Source: Candidatus Saccharimonadota bacterium (GTDB taxonomy: Bacteria; Pseudomonadota; Gammaproteobacteria; Enterobacterales; Enterobacteriaceae). Taken from it: 32,000 nucleotides of DNA. The stretch spans positions 30,001-62,000 of the forward strand of contig NZ_OZ060402.1 in the NCBI RefSeq assembly GCF_964059045.1, read 5' to 3'. A program made the translations under genes and the position numbers. Shown in pieces: positions 22,188 through 31,877 of the stretch (positions are counted from its first letter, which is position 1; the number at the start of each line of letters is the position of its first letter). A model generated the notes under the pieces. That model made no database searches and had not been told where the DNA came from. It was given only the letters and a program-made list of their open reading frames with translations.

Positions 22188-22832
22188 ATATATAAAATTT
22201 AAAAATATAATTTTTATTATTATGTTTAAAAATTAAAATTAATACAATTTTTTACAGGGACATAAATCTTGCATTAGTGGAATTTTTAAAATAAGCAAAT
22301 AGGTTATTTATAACTTGTTTATTTTGATTGGTTTTAATATGATACATATTATTTGGAATATGTTTTGAAAAATTAATAAAAAATTAAATATGTTAAATTA
22401 ATTTTTATAATTAATTCGAATATAGTGATTTTTATTGATTTTATTAATAAAAAAATAATTTTAATTATATTTCAAGATTAATAAATATTACAGTAGGAGA
22501 TATTTTTTATTAAAAAATAGAATGAATGAGATCAAATTTAAATTTATTTGTTTTTTGAATTTTTAAAAAATATCAAACATAATACATTGATCTTGTTACT
22601 TAAATAAATTAGTATTTTAAAAATATATATTTTTAAAGATAAGATATATAGTTGAAATAGAGATAATTTATTTTTAATAATTTAATTTATTCAAAAATTT
22701 TTAATTTTACTTTTTAATCAAATAGTAGAATAATATGCTAAAAATAAATTAAAAATTAAATATTTTTATTAATTATAAATAATATAAACTATTTTATATC
22801 AAATAGTATATTTTTATTATAGAGAAAAAATA

Positions 22833-23663
22833 ATGTTAAAAACATTAGATATAGTTTGGAATACAATAATTACTGAAACTGAGTTTTTTTTAAAGAATGA
22901 ACCATTTTTATCTCATTTTTATTATCAAAATATATTGCAACATGACAGTTTAATTGATTCTATGGCATTTATTTTATCCAATAAATTATCTAATTCTATG
23001 ATTTCTGATAATTTTTTAAAAAAAATTTTTAAAGAAGCTTATTTTTCTGATATTTCGTTAATTGAATGTGTTAATAGAGATATTCAAGCAATATATTATC
23101 GTGATCCTTCTATTGATAATTATATTATTCCATTTTTATATTTTAAAGGTTTTCACGCATTACAAGGATATCGGATTAGTAATTATTTATGGACTTTTAA
23201 TCAAAAATCTTTAGCATTGCATTTACAAAATCAAATATCAACAGTTTTTTCTGTAGATATTCATCCTGCTGCAAAAATTGGATCTGGTGTTATGTTTGAT
23301 CATGCTACTGGTATTGTTATAGGAGAAACAGTAGTCATTGAAGACAATGTTTCTATTTTACAATCAGTAACATTAGGTGGAACAGGTAAAATAATTGGTG
23401 ATCGTCATCCAAAAATTAGATCAGATGTTATGATAGGAGCTGGAGCTAAAGTTCTTGGTAATATTGAAGTAGGAATTGGTGCCAAAATAGGAGCAGGAGC
23501 AGTAGTTTTAAATTCTATACCAGCTTATTCTACTGTAGTAGGTATACCTGCAAAAATAGTAAAATACTATAATAAAAAAATGTTAATAAATAGCAATATT
23601 GATAAAATTCGTCATAAAAATTATTTAATGGAATGTAATTTTGAATATGGTTCAGGTATTTAA
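22833..23663 (+). CDS. cysE: Serine O-acetyltransferase
   Basis: 276 aa. IVWN.I, RDP..D.Y..P.LY.KGFHALQ.YRI...LW, DIHPAAKIG.G.M.DHATGIV.GET.VIE..VSILQSVTLGGTGK..GDRHPKIR..VMIGAGAK.LGNIEVG.GAKIGAG.VVL and a C-terminal FEYGSGI match E. coli CysE. Confidence 0.96.
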   Translation: MLKTLDIVWNTIITETEFFLKNEPFLSHFYYQNILQHDSLIDSMAFILSNKLSNSMISDNFLKKIFKEAYFSDISLIECVNRDIQAIYYRDPSIDNYIIPFLYFKGFHALQGYRISNYLWTFNQKSLALHLQNQISTVFSVDIHPAAKIGSGVMFDHATGIVIGETVVIEDNVSILQSVTLGGTGKIIGDRHPKIRSDVMIGAGAKVLGNIEVGIGAKIGAGAVVLNSIPAYSTVVGIPAKIVKYYNKKMLINSNIDKIRHKNYLMECNFEYGSGI

Positions 23664-23804
23664 TGATTTTAAGTATATTTAATATATAATCATTAAAAAT
23701 ATTTTTACATAAAATATATAATTGGAATTCTTTTGAATATTATATTTATTTTTATTTGTTTTGTTAATTTGATTATATCAAAAATTTTTAACTTAATTAA
23801 TAGA

Positions 23805-23833
23805 AAAGCTTCCAAAATATCTAAGGAAGCTTT
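23805..23833. terminator. Hairpin between the convergent cysE and rpoD genes (9-bp stem AAAGCTTCC/GGAAGCTTT, 11-nt loop)
   Basis: On the minus strand the stem runs directly into UUUUCUAUU, about 54 nt after the rpoD stop. On the plus strand it lies about 140 nt after the cysE stop. Confidence 0.45.
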
Positions 23834-23886
23834 CATTGAAATTATATTTTAATAATATTTATTTTTATTTTTATATTTTATAATTA

Positions 23887-25734
23887 TCAGTCATCCAAAA
23901 AACTACGTAATATTTCTGATCGACTAGGATGTCTTAATTTTCTTAATGCTTTTGCTTCAATTTGACGTATTCTTTCTCTAGTAACATCAAATTGTTTACC
24001 TACTTCTTCTAAAGTATGATCAGAATTCATATCAATACCAAATCTCATCCTTAATACTTTTGCTTCTCTTGGTGTTAAACCAGATAATATGTTATGTGTT
24101 GCTGAACGTAGGCTTTCTGCTGTTGCAGAATCTAATGGAAGTTCTAAAGTGGTATCTTCAATAAAATCACCTAGATGAGAATCTTCATCATCACCAATAG
24201 GTGTTTCCATAGATATTGGTTCTTTGGCAATTTTTAATACTTTTCTGATTTTATCTTCTGGTATTAACATTTTTTCTGAAAGTTCTTCAGGGGTTGGTTC
24301 TCTTCCAATTTCTTGTAACATTTGTCTAGAAATTCGGTTTAGTTTATTGATTGTTTCGATCATATGTACTGGAATTCGAATAGTTCTTGCTTGATCAGCA
24401 ATAGAACGAGTAATAGCTTGTCTGATCCACCAAGTAGCATATGTTGAAAATTTATAACCACGACGATATTCAAATTTATCGACTGCTTTCATTAAACCAA
24501 TATTTCCTTCTTGAATAAGATCTAAAAATTGTAAGCCTCGATTGGTATATTTTTTTGCAATTGAAATAACTAATCTTAAGTTTGCTTCTACCATCTCTTT
24601 TTTTGCTCTTTTTGCTTTTGCTTCTCCAATTGATATTCTTTTATTGATATCTTTTACTTGTTTAATAGTCAGTCCTGTTTCTTTTTCAACTTCTGTTAAT
24701 TTGTTTAAACTATTATGAATGGATTCTTTGACTGTTAGTAATTTTTCAGACCATGTTTTATTCATTTTTTTAACTTGATTAAACCAATTTTTATTATTTT
24801 CAGATTTACTGAAAATATGAATAAAACTTTTTTTTGGAATTTGACATTTTTCGACGAATAATTTCATAACATATCTTTCTTGAATCCGTACACGTTCCAT
24901 CATGTTTCTCATGTTATTTACTAAATGATCAAATTGTTTTGGTACTAATCGAAACTGTTTAAATATTTCTGATAAATTATGAATTTCAATAATAGCATCT
25001 TTATGATTACGATTTTTATGTTTTATAATTTGATTTGTTGTGAAATATTGATTTCTTAATTCAGAAAATTTTTCATGGGCTAATACTGGGTCAATATTAT
25101 TTTCTTCTTCAGTAATTTCTTGATCATTTTGATCAATGTTTTTAATTTCTTCTTGTTTTTTTATTGATTCTGATAATTCTTCTTCAATATTCATTATTGA
25201 TGAAGATATTATATCTTCTTCATGAGGATCAATAAATCCAATAATTAAATCTGATAATTGCATATCTCCAGATTCCACACGTTCATATTGTTTTAACAAA
25301 TAAGTAATTGCTTCAGGATATTCTGCAACAGAACATTGTACTTGATTAATTCCTTCTTCAATTCTTTTTGCGATGTCGATTTCTCCTTCTCTAGTTAATA
25401 ATTCAACTGAACCCATTTCTCTCATGTACATACGAACCGGGTCAGTTGTTCGACCTAATTCTGTTTCGACACTAGATAGTACTTGCGCAGCAGCTTCAGC
25501 AGCATCTTCGTCTGTTTCTGTACTACTTTCATTTAAAATTAAATCATCAGCATCTGGAGCTTCTTCTACGACTTGAATACCCATATCATTAATCATTTGT
25601 ATGATATCTTCAATTTGATCAGAATCGACAATATCTTCTGGAAGATGATCATTGACTTCAGAATAAGTTAGATATCCTTGTTCTTTACCATGATTAACAA
25701 GAATTTTTAATTGTGATTGTGGGTTTTGTTCCAT
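23887..25734 (-). CDS. rpoD: RNA polymerase sigma-70 factor
   Basis: The track ORF starts at a TTG (25770, [12 protein letters not shown]...). The conserved N-terminus [51 protein letters not shown] begins at the ATG at 25734. Regions 2-4 are almost identical to E. coli RpoD, and the C-terminus is HPSRSE.LRSFLDD. Confidence 0.97.
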   Translation of the reverse strand: MEQNPQSQLKILVNHGKEQGYLTYSEVNDHLPEDIVDSDQIEDIIQMINDMGIQVVEEAPDADDLILNESSTETDEDAAEAAAQVLSSVETELGRTTDPVRMYMREMGSVELLTREGEIDIAKRIEEGINQVQCSVAEYPEAITYLLKQYERVESGDMQLSDLIIGFIDPHEEDIISSSIMNIEEELSESIKKQEEIKNIDQNDQEITEEENNIDPVLAHEKFSELRNQYFTTNQIIKHKNRNHKDAIIEIHNLSEIFKQFRLVPKQFDHLVNNMRNMMERVRIQERYVMKLFVEKCQIPKKSFIHIFSKSENNKNWFNQVKKMNKTWSEKLLTVKESIHNSLNKLTEVEKETGLTIKQVKDINKRISIGEAKAKRAKKEMVEANLRLVISIAKKYTNRGLQFLDLIQEGNIGLMKAVDKFEYRRGYKFSTYATWWIRQAITRSIADQARTIRIPVHMIETINKLNRISRQMLQEIGREPTPEELSEKMLIPEDKIRKVLKIAKEPISMETPIGDDEDSHLGDFIEDTTLELPLDSATAESLRSATHNILSGLTPREAKVLRMRFGIDMNSDHTLEEVGKQFDVTRERIRQIEAKALRKLRHPSRSEILRSFLDD

Positions 25735-25900
25735 AAGACGGTATCCACATTTTTTGTTGATAAATATCAAATTAACTTTTTAAAGGTTAATTTATGAAAA
25801 ATATTAATAAAAAAATATTTTTAATATTAATAATTTAGTGTTTTTAAAATTAATTTAATTTTTAAAATTATGATCTTAAATTAATATAAATGCATTATTG

Positions 25901-27664
25901 TCATAATAATTTTTTTGAGATTTTTGATAAGTTGATTGTAATTGACCATAATTCTTTTTTTTCATTTATATTTAATCCTTTTTTTCTTTCTTTTGTTATT
26001 AATAATTGATATTTTTTTTCTAACATTTGATTATATATTTTTGTTAATAAATCTAAAAATACATTTTTAATTTTTTCTGAAATAATCATATGATCCCAAA
26101 TTATTAATTTCCTGAGAATATTTACTATTTTTGTATCTCTATATAATTCTAATATTTGGCTGGTTTTATACGTTGGGTTTTTTTGACATATATGGACTAA
26201 TTTTAAAAAAATATCAAATCCTTGAATAGGTAGGTTAATTGTAGTTATTTTAGATGTCACTAATTTTGATAATTTAGGATTTTGTATTAATAAACTAATT
26301 AGCATACGCATAGGTGTTTGTTTTATTTTTTTAATAATATATTTGTTTTTATTTTTTTTATTAATAATCAGATTCATTTTTTCTATTTCTAGAATACCTA
26401 TTGTTAATCCTAATTTTTTACGTAGGTAAAATTGAATAATTTGTCCTGGTATTTTATTAATAAATGATATAATTAAAGAACTAAAATGAGCTTTTCCTTC
26501 TATAGAAGATAAATCTAAATTATTTAAAAGTTTTGAAAATAAAAATTCTGAAAAGTTAATTGCGTTATCAATTCTTTTTTGAAATTCAACTGTACCTTCT
26601 TGTTGAATAATAGAATCTGGATCAGATCCATTAGGTAAAAAAATAAATTTAATACTTTTATTGTCTTGTAAAAATGGAAGTGAAATTTCTAAAGATTTCC
26701 ATGATGCAAATTGACCAGATTTGTCTCCATCATAACAATAAATAATATTATCAGTAACACGAAAAAGAAATTTAATTTGTTCAGCTGTAATTGTACTTCC
26801 AAGTATGGCAACAATATGTTTAATATGATATTGAGTTAACATAATTACATCTATATAACCTTCAACAATTATAATTTTTTTTGGTTTAGGATTTTTTTTT
26901 AATAATTCATATATTCCATATATTTGTTTGCGTTTTTGAAAAATTATTGTTTCAGGAGAATTTAAATATTTAGGTGTAATATAAGAATCAATAGCTCTAC
27001 CTCCAAAACCATTAACTTTACCGTATTTATCACGAATAGGAAAAATAATTCTATTCCTAAAATGTTGATATTTTTTTCCATTAAGATTATCAATAATAAT
27101 TCCTAATTTAATTAAATGATTTTTTTCAGTTTGATTGATTGTATGATAGTATTGAATAACATTATTCGATTGATTATTACAAAATCCAATAGAAAAACGT
27201 TCTATCATTTCTTTTTTAATTCCTCTTTTAATTAAATATTGATATGCAATTTTTGATTTTGCTTGTAATAATGTATGTATGTATATATTACAAATTTTTT
27301 TTAATATTAAATATAATTCATTTTTATTGAATAAATTATATGTATTAAATTTTTTATCATATTTTTTAGGTATGTTTAATTTATTTAAAATAGATAATTC
27401 TTCAACACTTTCTAAAAAATTTAATTGTTCATAGTTCATTAAAAAATCAATAGCATTACCGTTAGCTTTGCATCCAAAACAGTGATAAAATTGTTTGGTG
27501 TGATTAACTATAAAAGATGGTGTTTTTTCATGATGAAATGGACATAATGATTGATAATTATTACCTATTTTTTTTAATGTGATTTTTGAGCTAATTAAAT
27601 CCACTATGTTTGTTCGAACTAGTAGTTCATTGATGAATTCTTGTGGTATTTTCCATTTATGCAT
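25901..27664 (-). CDS. dnaG: DNA primase
   Basis: 587 aa. The zinc-binding region CPFHHEKTPSF.VN..KQFYHCFGC.A.GNAIDFLMNY matches E. coli DnaG, and the Toprim block (IIVEGYIDV..., YCYDGD.SG) is present. The gene sits in the rpsU-dnaG-rpoD operon arrangement. Confidence 0.95.
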   Translation of the reverse strand: MHKWKIPQEFINELLVRTNIVDLISSKITLKKIGNNYQSLCPFHHEKTPSFIVNHTKQFYHCFGCKANGNAIDFLMNYEQLNFLESVEELSILNKLNIPKKYDKKFNTYNLFNKNELYLILKKICNIYIHTLLQAKSKIAYQYLIKRGIKKEMIERFSIGFCNNQSNNVIQYYHTINQTEKNHLIKLGIIIDNLNGKKYQHFRNRIIFPIRDKYGKVNGFGGRAIDSYITPKYLNSPETIIFQKRKQIYGIYELLKKNPKPKKIIIVEGYIDVIMLTQYHIKHIVAILGSTITAEQIKFLFRVTDNIIYCYDGDKSGQFASWKSLEISLPFLQDNKSIKFIFLPNGSDPDSIIQQEGTVEFQKRIDNAINFSEFLFSKLLNNLDLSSIEGKAHFSSLIISFINKIPGQIIQFYLRKKLGLTIGILEIEKMNLIINKKNKNKYIIKKIKQTPMRMLISLLIQNPKLSKLVTSKITTINLPIQGFDIFLKLVHICQKNPTYKTSQILELYRDTKIVNILRKLIIWDHMIISEKIKNVFLDLLTKIYNQMLEKKYQLLITKERKKGLNINEKKELWSITINLSKISKKLL

Positions 27665-27686
27665 TTTATATTTATTTAAAATTATA

Positions 27687-27712
27687 AGACCGAGCTTGAT
27701 TAAGATCGGTCT
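27687..27712 (-). promoter_or_regulatory. Hairpin in the rpsU-dnaG spacer (7 perfect bp plus 3 of 4 further bp, 4-nt loop), a T1-like attenuator candidate
   Basis: AGACCGAGCTT GATT AAGATCGGTCT is the only G+C-rich motif in the 84-nt spacer. In E. coli an internal terminator (T1) is known at the equivalent position of this operon. Confidence 0.4.
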
Positions 27713-27748
27713 GAGTATTTATGATAAAATTATAAGTTATATATATTA

Positions 27749-27964
27749 TTAGTACATTCGCATATGTTTAGCATTTTCTCTAAATAATTTTTTAGTTAGA
27801 CGTTTAACAGCTGATGCTTTTGCTCTTTTTCTTTTTGTTGTTGGTTTTTCATAAAATTCACGTCTTCTAATTTCTGATAAGATCCCTGCTTTTTCACAAG
27901 ATCTTTTAAATCTTCTTAATGCTACATCAAATGGTTCATTTTCACGAATTTTAATTATGGGCAT
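27749..27964 (-). CDS. rpsU: 30S ribosomal protein S21
   Basis: 71 aa. [55 protein letters not shown] is nearly identical to E. coli S21. Confidence 0.97.
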   Translation of the reverse strand: MPIIKIRENEPFDVALRRFKRSCEKAGILSEIRRREFYEKPTTKRKRAKASAVKRLTKKLFRENAKHMRMY

Positions 27965-28228
27965 AATTAAACCTTTAAAATATTTATATTAATATTTATA
28001 TTTTATTAATTTTAAAGTAATAATATACATTATATTTTAAAAAATAAAAATATTAATTAACAAATCTATATTATTCTTTATTTTAAAAATATTTTTAATT
28101 TTTAATGATTTAATTTAAATTAATTTATTTTATTTTTTTTATATTTTTGAGATTTGACTTTTTAAATATTTCTAATTATGTATTTCATCAATATAAAATT
28201 AGAAATATAAAAATTATAGGACATTTAC

Positions 28229-29254
28229 ATGCGTATATTAGGTATAGAAACTTCTTGTGATGATACAGGAATTGCGATATATGATTTTCGATCTGGGATT
28301 TTGATAAATAGTGTATATAATCAAGATTATATTCATAATAATTATGGAGGGGTAGTTCCAGAACTAGCTGCTAGATATCATGCTAACAATATTGCTTGTT
28401 TAATAAAAGATGCTTTAAAACAATCAAATTGTTGTTTAAGTTCAATCCATGCTATTGCATATACTGCTGGTCCTGGATTAATTGGTTCATTATTAGTAGG
28501 AGCTACTGTTGGAACAGCATTGGCTTTTTCTTTAAATATACCAACAATTCCAATACATCATATGGAAGGACATTTGTTATCTCCAATGTTAAATAATCCT
28601 ATTTTAAATTTTCCATTTTTAGCTTTATTGATTTCCGGTGGTAATACTCAATTAGTTTATGCTAAAAAACTAGGAGAATATAATTTATTAGGAATGTCTT
28701 TAGATTCTTCTGTAGGTAATACATTCGATAAAGTAGCCAAGTCATTAGGATTAAAATATCCTGGAGGACCTGAAATTTCTAATTTAGCTAAAAAAGGCAA
28801 TATCAATAGATTTTATTTTCCTCGTCCTATGATTAAATCTCCAGGTTTAAATTTTAGTTTTTCTGGCTTGCGTACATTTACAGAAAAAACTATTAATAAT
28901 AATGATAAAGATTTTCAAACTAAAGCGGATATTGCTTTAGCTTTTGAAGAAGCAGTATCTGATACTTTAACTATTAAATGTCATCGGGCGTTAAAAATGA
29001 TTAATGTAAACAATTTAATTATAGCTGGAGGTGTTAGTGCTAATGATAGAATTAAAAAAAAATTAAAAAATTTAATGTCAAAACTCAATGGAAATTTTTA
29101 TTATCCAAAATTAGAATTTTGTACTGACAATGGTGCTATGATAGCATATGCTGGATTATTAAGGTTTAAATCTGGAGAACATTATTCTAATTTAAATATT
29201 CATGTTTTTCCAAAATGGTTATTGTCGGATTTGAGTTTTTTAAAAAAAAAATAA
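28229..29254 (+). CDS. tsaD: tRNA N6-adenosine threonylcarbamoyltransferase (t6A synthesis; formerly YgjD/Gcp)
   Basis: 341 aa. MRILGIETSCDDTGIAIYD, YGGVVPELAAR.H, AYTAGPGL.G.LLVGATVG, the metal-binding HHMEGH, YPGGP, FSFSGL and EFCTDNGAMIAY match E. coli TsaD. It is divergent from rpsU, as in E. coli. Confidence 0.95.
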   Translation: MRILGIETSCDDTGIAIYDFRSGILINSVYNQDYIHNNYGGVVPELAARYHANNIACLIKDALKQSNCCLSSIHAIAYTAGPGLIGSLLVGATVGTALAFSLNIPTIPIHHMEGHLLSPMLNNPILNFPFLALLISGGNTQLVYAKKLGEYNLLGMSLDSSVGNTFDKVAKSLGLKYPGGPEISNLAKKGNINRFYFPRPMIKSPGLNFSFSGLRTFTEKTINNNDKDFQTKADIALAFEEAVSDTLTIKCHRALKMINVNNLIIAGGVSANDRIKKKLKNLMSKLNGNFYYPKLEFCTDNGAMIAYAGLLRFKSGEHYSNLNIHVFPKWLLSDLSFLKKK

Positions 29255-29324
29255 TTGTTTTGATATTTTTATATAAATAATAATTTTATTTAAATTCTAT
29301 GAAATATATAATTAGTTAAATATT

Positions 29325-29960
29325 TTAATTATATAAATATTGAATTAAATCTTTTATTGTTAATACACACATATTATGTATTTTTGCAAATTGAACTACT
29401 TCATTAATACGTGCCATAGAACCGTCTTGGTTGGTTAATTCGCATAAAACACCTGTTGGTTGAAATCCTGCTAATTTTGTTAGTTCAATTGTGGCTTCAG
29501 TATGACCAGATCTAGCTAAAATACCTTCTGAATGAGCGCATAATGGAAAAACATGCCCAGGTTGATTAAGATCACTAGGTTTTGCTTGTTCTGCTATGGC
29601 AGTTTTAATGGTTGTTATTCTATCTGAAGCAGATACTCCAGTTGATATTCCTTTTGATGCTTCAATAGTAATAGTAAAAGGAGTAGTATATTTACTGGTA
29701 TTTTTTTTAACCATCATAGACAATTCTAATTGTTTTCTACGTGATTCTGTAATACATAAACAAACAATTCCACTGCCATGTCTAATAGTGAAAGCCATTT
29801 GTTCTATTGTCATAGTTTCTGCTGGAAAAATTAAATCACCTTCATTTTCACGATTTTCATCGTCTAATAGTATTATTCCTTGTCCTTGTTTGAACGCTTT
29901 AATAGCATTTGTTATTCTTTGATTAGAATTTCCAAATTTAGATAAAATATTTTTCTTCAT
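29325..29960 (-). CDS. ribB: 3,4-dihydroxy-2-butanone 4-phosphate synthase
   Basis: 211 aa. [97 protein letters not shown] match E. coli RibB. AGGAA lies upstream. Confidence 0.96.
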   Translation of the reverse strand: MKKNILSKFGNSNQRITNAIKAFKQGQGIILLDDENRENEGDLIFPAETMTIEQMAFTIRHGSGIVCLCITESRRKQLELSMMVKKNTSKYTTPFTITIEASKGISTGVSASDRITTIKTAIAEQAKPSDLNQPGHVFPLCAHSEGILARSGHTEATIELTKLAGFQPTGVLCELTNQDGSMARINEVVQFAKIHNMCVLTIKDLIQYLYN

Positions 29961-30456
29961 GATATTCCTAAATTGTTATTTTTATTACTCATGGTATGTA
30001 ATATTAATCATATAATATTTTTAAATTTATTTTTAGTTATATTTTTCATTGATAGATATATTTTAATATAAAAATTTCATTTTGATTACAATATAAATTA
30101 TTTTTTATTTTATTAATTCAAAAAATTATTTATTAATTAAAATTATTGATTATTTTAAAAAATTAAAAAAGTATATATCATAATATGATATATAATAATA
30201 TTTAATATTATATGATTCAATACATATAATATATTATTTGATATGATATGTTATTTTTTTATATTTTTATATTTATTCTATAATTCTTTTTGATTTATTT
30301 TTGAATACTAATTTTAATTAGTTTATTTTTATAAAATGTTTTGATCAATGATAATATTAATTAAATGATTAAAAATTGATATAATTTTATTTTTTTATTT
30401 TTAATAGTTATATTTATATTTTTAATGAAAATATATTCAAATAGGAATAATATTTT

Positions 30457-31692
30457 ATGGAAATATATTTAGTTGGTGGAGCTGTTCGGGATAGTTTATT
30501 AAATTTACCTATAAAAGATAAGGACTGGGTTGTTGTTGGAGCTACTATAGAGATATTATTAAAACTTAATTTTCAACAAGTAGGAAAAGAATTTCCGGTT
30601 TTTTTACATCCAGTCAGTCATGAAGAATATGCTTTGGCCAGAACTGAATATAAATCAGGTAAAGGATATTACGGATTTAAAACAAATTTTTCTCCAGAAG
30701 TAACGTTATATGATGATTTAATGCGAAGAGATTTAACTATAAATGCTATTGCTAAAAATATGTTTGGTGATTTCATAGATCCATATTTTGGTAGATTGGA
30801 TTTAAAAAATAGAATTTTAAGACATGTATCACCTGCTTTTGTAGATGATCCTTTACGAGTTTTAAGAGTGGCTCGTTTTGCTGCTACTTTATCTCATCTA
30901 GGTTTTTCTATTGCAGAAGAAACGTTATTGCTAATGGAATCAATAGTAAAAAAAAGAGAATTATTATTTTTACAGTCAAATAGAATTTGGAAGGAAACAG
31001 AAAAAGCATTAATAACTAATAATCCTCATGTATATTTTCAGGTATTATATGCATGTAATGCTTTAATGATTATATTTCCAGAAATTAATCAATTATTTAA
31101 TGTTGGAATGTTTCATTTTTTATCTGATATTATTGTACTAAATATTGATTTGTTTAAACATGTATCTTTAGTATCAAAAAAAACAACAGATTTAGATGTA
31201 AGATTTTCCTGTTTGTTTCAATGTATATATTTTAAAAATAATGTTATAAATTTGTTTGATGAAAATAAGAATTTATATATTTATAATTATATTTTATTAA
31301 TTAAAAAATTTTTTAAACGTTTTAATATCCCTATTTATATTCGAGATTTAGTATTATTAATTATTAAATATCATTCTTTTATGATAAATATTATATATTT
31401 TAATTCTTATGATATTGTATTATTTTTAAGTAAAATTGACTCATGGAGAAAACCGATTAGAATTAAAAAATTATCTGTATTGATAAATTCATATTGCAAA
31501 TTAAATGTGAATAATAGATCTAAAAATATATTACCAGGAGATTTTTTAACTATTGCATATTCTATTACATCAACTATATCTGCTAAATCAATTTTACATT
31601 TAGGATTAAAAGGCATTCAAATAAGAAACGAATTAATTCGTTTAAGATCTATAAAATTAAATTTATGGAGAAAACAGTTTTTATTAAAATGA
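30457..31692 (+). CDS. cca: tRNA nucleotidyltransferase (CCA-adding enzyme). The N-terminal polymerase head is conserved and the C-terminal HD-domain region is highly diverged
   Basis: 411 aa. The N-terminal half matches E. coli Cca: [79 protein letters not shown]...HLGF.IA.ET. AGGAA lies upstream. TGA stop. Confidence 0.93.
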   Translation: MEIYLVGGAVRDSLLNLPIKDKDWVVVGATIEILLKLNFQQVGKEFPVFLHPVSHEEYALARTEYKSGKGYYGFKTNFSPEVTLYDDLMRRDLTINAIAKNMFGDFIDPYFGRLDLKNRILRHVSPAFVDDPLRVLRVARFAATLSHLGFSIAEETLLLMESIVKKRELLFLQSNRIWKETEKALITNNPHVYFQVLYACNALMIIFPEINQLFNVGMFHFLSDIIVLNIDLFKHVSLVSKKTTDLDVRFSCLFQCIYFKNNVINLFDENKNLYIYNYILLIKKFFKRFNIPIYIRDLVLLIIKYHSFMINIIYFNSYDIVLFLSKIDSWRKPIRIKKLSVLINSYCKLNVNNRSKNILPGDFLTIAYSITSTISAKSILHLGLKGIQIRNELIRLRSIKLNLWRKQFLLK

Positions 31693-31829
31693 TAAAAAAT
31701 ATTTTTTATCATTTTTGAACATAAAAATATATTAATTAAATTTTTTTAATAAAAAATTTTATTTAATTTTAGTCCTAATCATTATTTATTGTTGATTGTT
31801 TATACACATTTAATAAATTAAATTAATTC

Positions 31830-31868
31830 AAGCAGTTAAATGATATTATATAATTCGTTTAACTGCTT
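31830..31868. terminator. Hairpin between the convergent cca and crr genes (perfect 11-bp stem, 17-nt loop)
   Basis: AAGCAGTTAAA ... TTTAACTGCTT lies 9 nt beyond the crr stop on the minus strand and about 138 nt beyond the cca stop on the plus strand. On the plus strand a T-rich run (TATTATTTTTTT) follows about 10 nt later. Confidence 0.4.
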
Positions 31869-31877
31869 AAAACTCTA

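Noticed and set aside
22522-22566. A 14-aa mini-ORF (MNEIKFKFICFLNF) downstream of the orphan AGGAG in the argH-cysE spacer.
   Set aside because: The ATG lies 22 nt from the SD, which is too far. The peptide has no recognisable similarity, and its resemblance to a SecB N-terminus is too weak to claim.
25373-25576. A 67-aa plus-strand ORF rich in S/A/T inside rpoD.
   Set aside because: It is the antisense of the acidic region 1 of sigma-70 (the complement of GAx/GCx codons). It is a shadow ORF.
28166-28208. A 12-bp inverted repeat (ATATTTCTAATT ... AATTAGAAATAT, 19-nt spacer) ending 20 nt upstream of the tsaD start.
   Set aside because: It could be a 5'-UTR hairpin or an operator, but it has a single G-C pair per arm in AT-rich DNA and no known regulator. 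It is near the chance level without comparative data.
28396-28596. A 66-aa plus-strand ORF in an alternative frame of tsaD.
   Set aside because: It is a same-strand out-of-frame ORF within a conserved gene, with no independent support.
28634-28651. TsaD has SGGNTQ where E. coli TsaD has SGGHTQ.
   Set aside because: As I recall, archaeal and eukaryotic Kae1/OSGEP orthologues naturally carry SGGNTQ, so Asn at this position is tolerated. The HHMEGH metal site is intact.
29596-29922. A 108-aa plus-strand ORF inside ribB.
   Set aside because: It is an antisense shadow ORF.
30172-30194. A 10-bp AT hairpin (TATATATCAT AAT ATGATATATA) and surrounding ATATGATAT-type repeats in the ribB-cca spacer.
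   Set aside because: It is a low-complexity TA repeat. There is no G/C anchor and no positional argument for function.
31407-31616. A 69-aa minus-strand ORF inside cca.
   Set aside because: It is an antisense shadow ORF.
31686-31715. A 30-bp perfect AT palindrome (AAAATGATAAAAAAT/ATTTTTTATCATTTT) overlapping the cca stop codon.
   Set aside because: It has only one G-C pair per arm and no loop. AT-only symmetry of this size is common in such DNA, so I did not call it a terminator.
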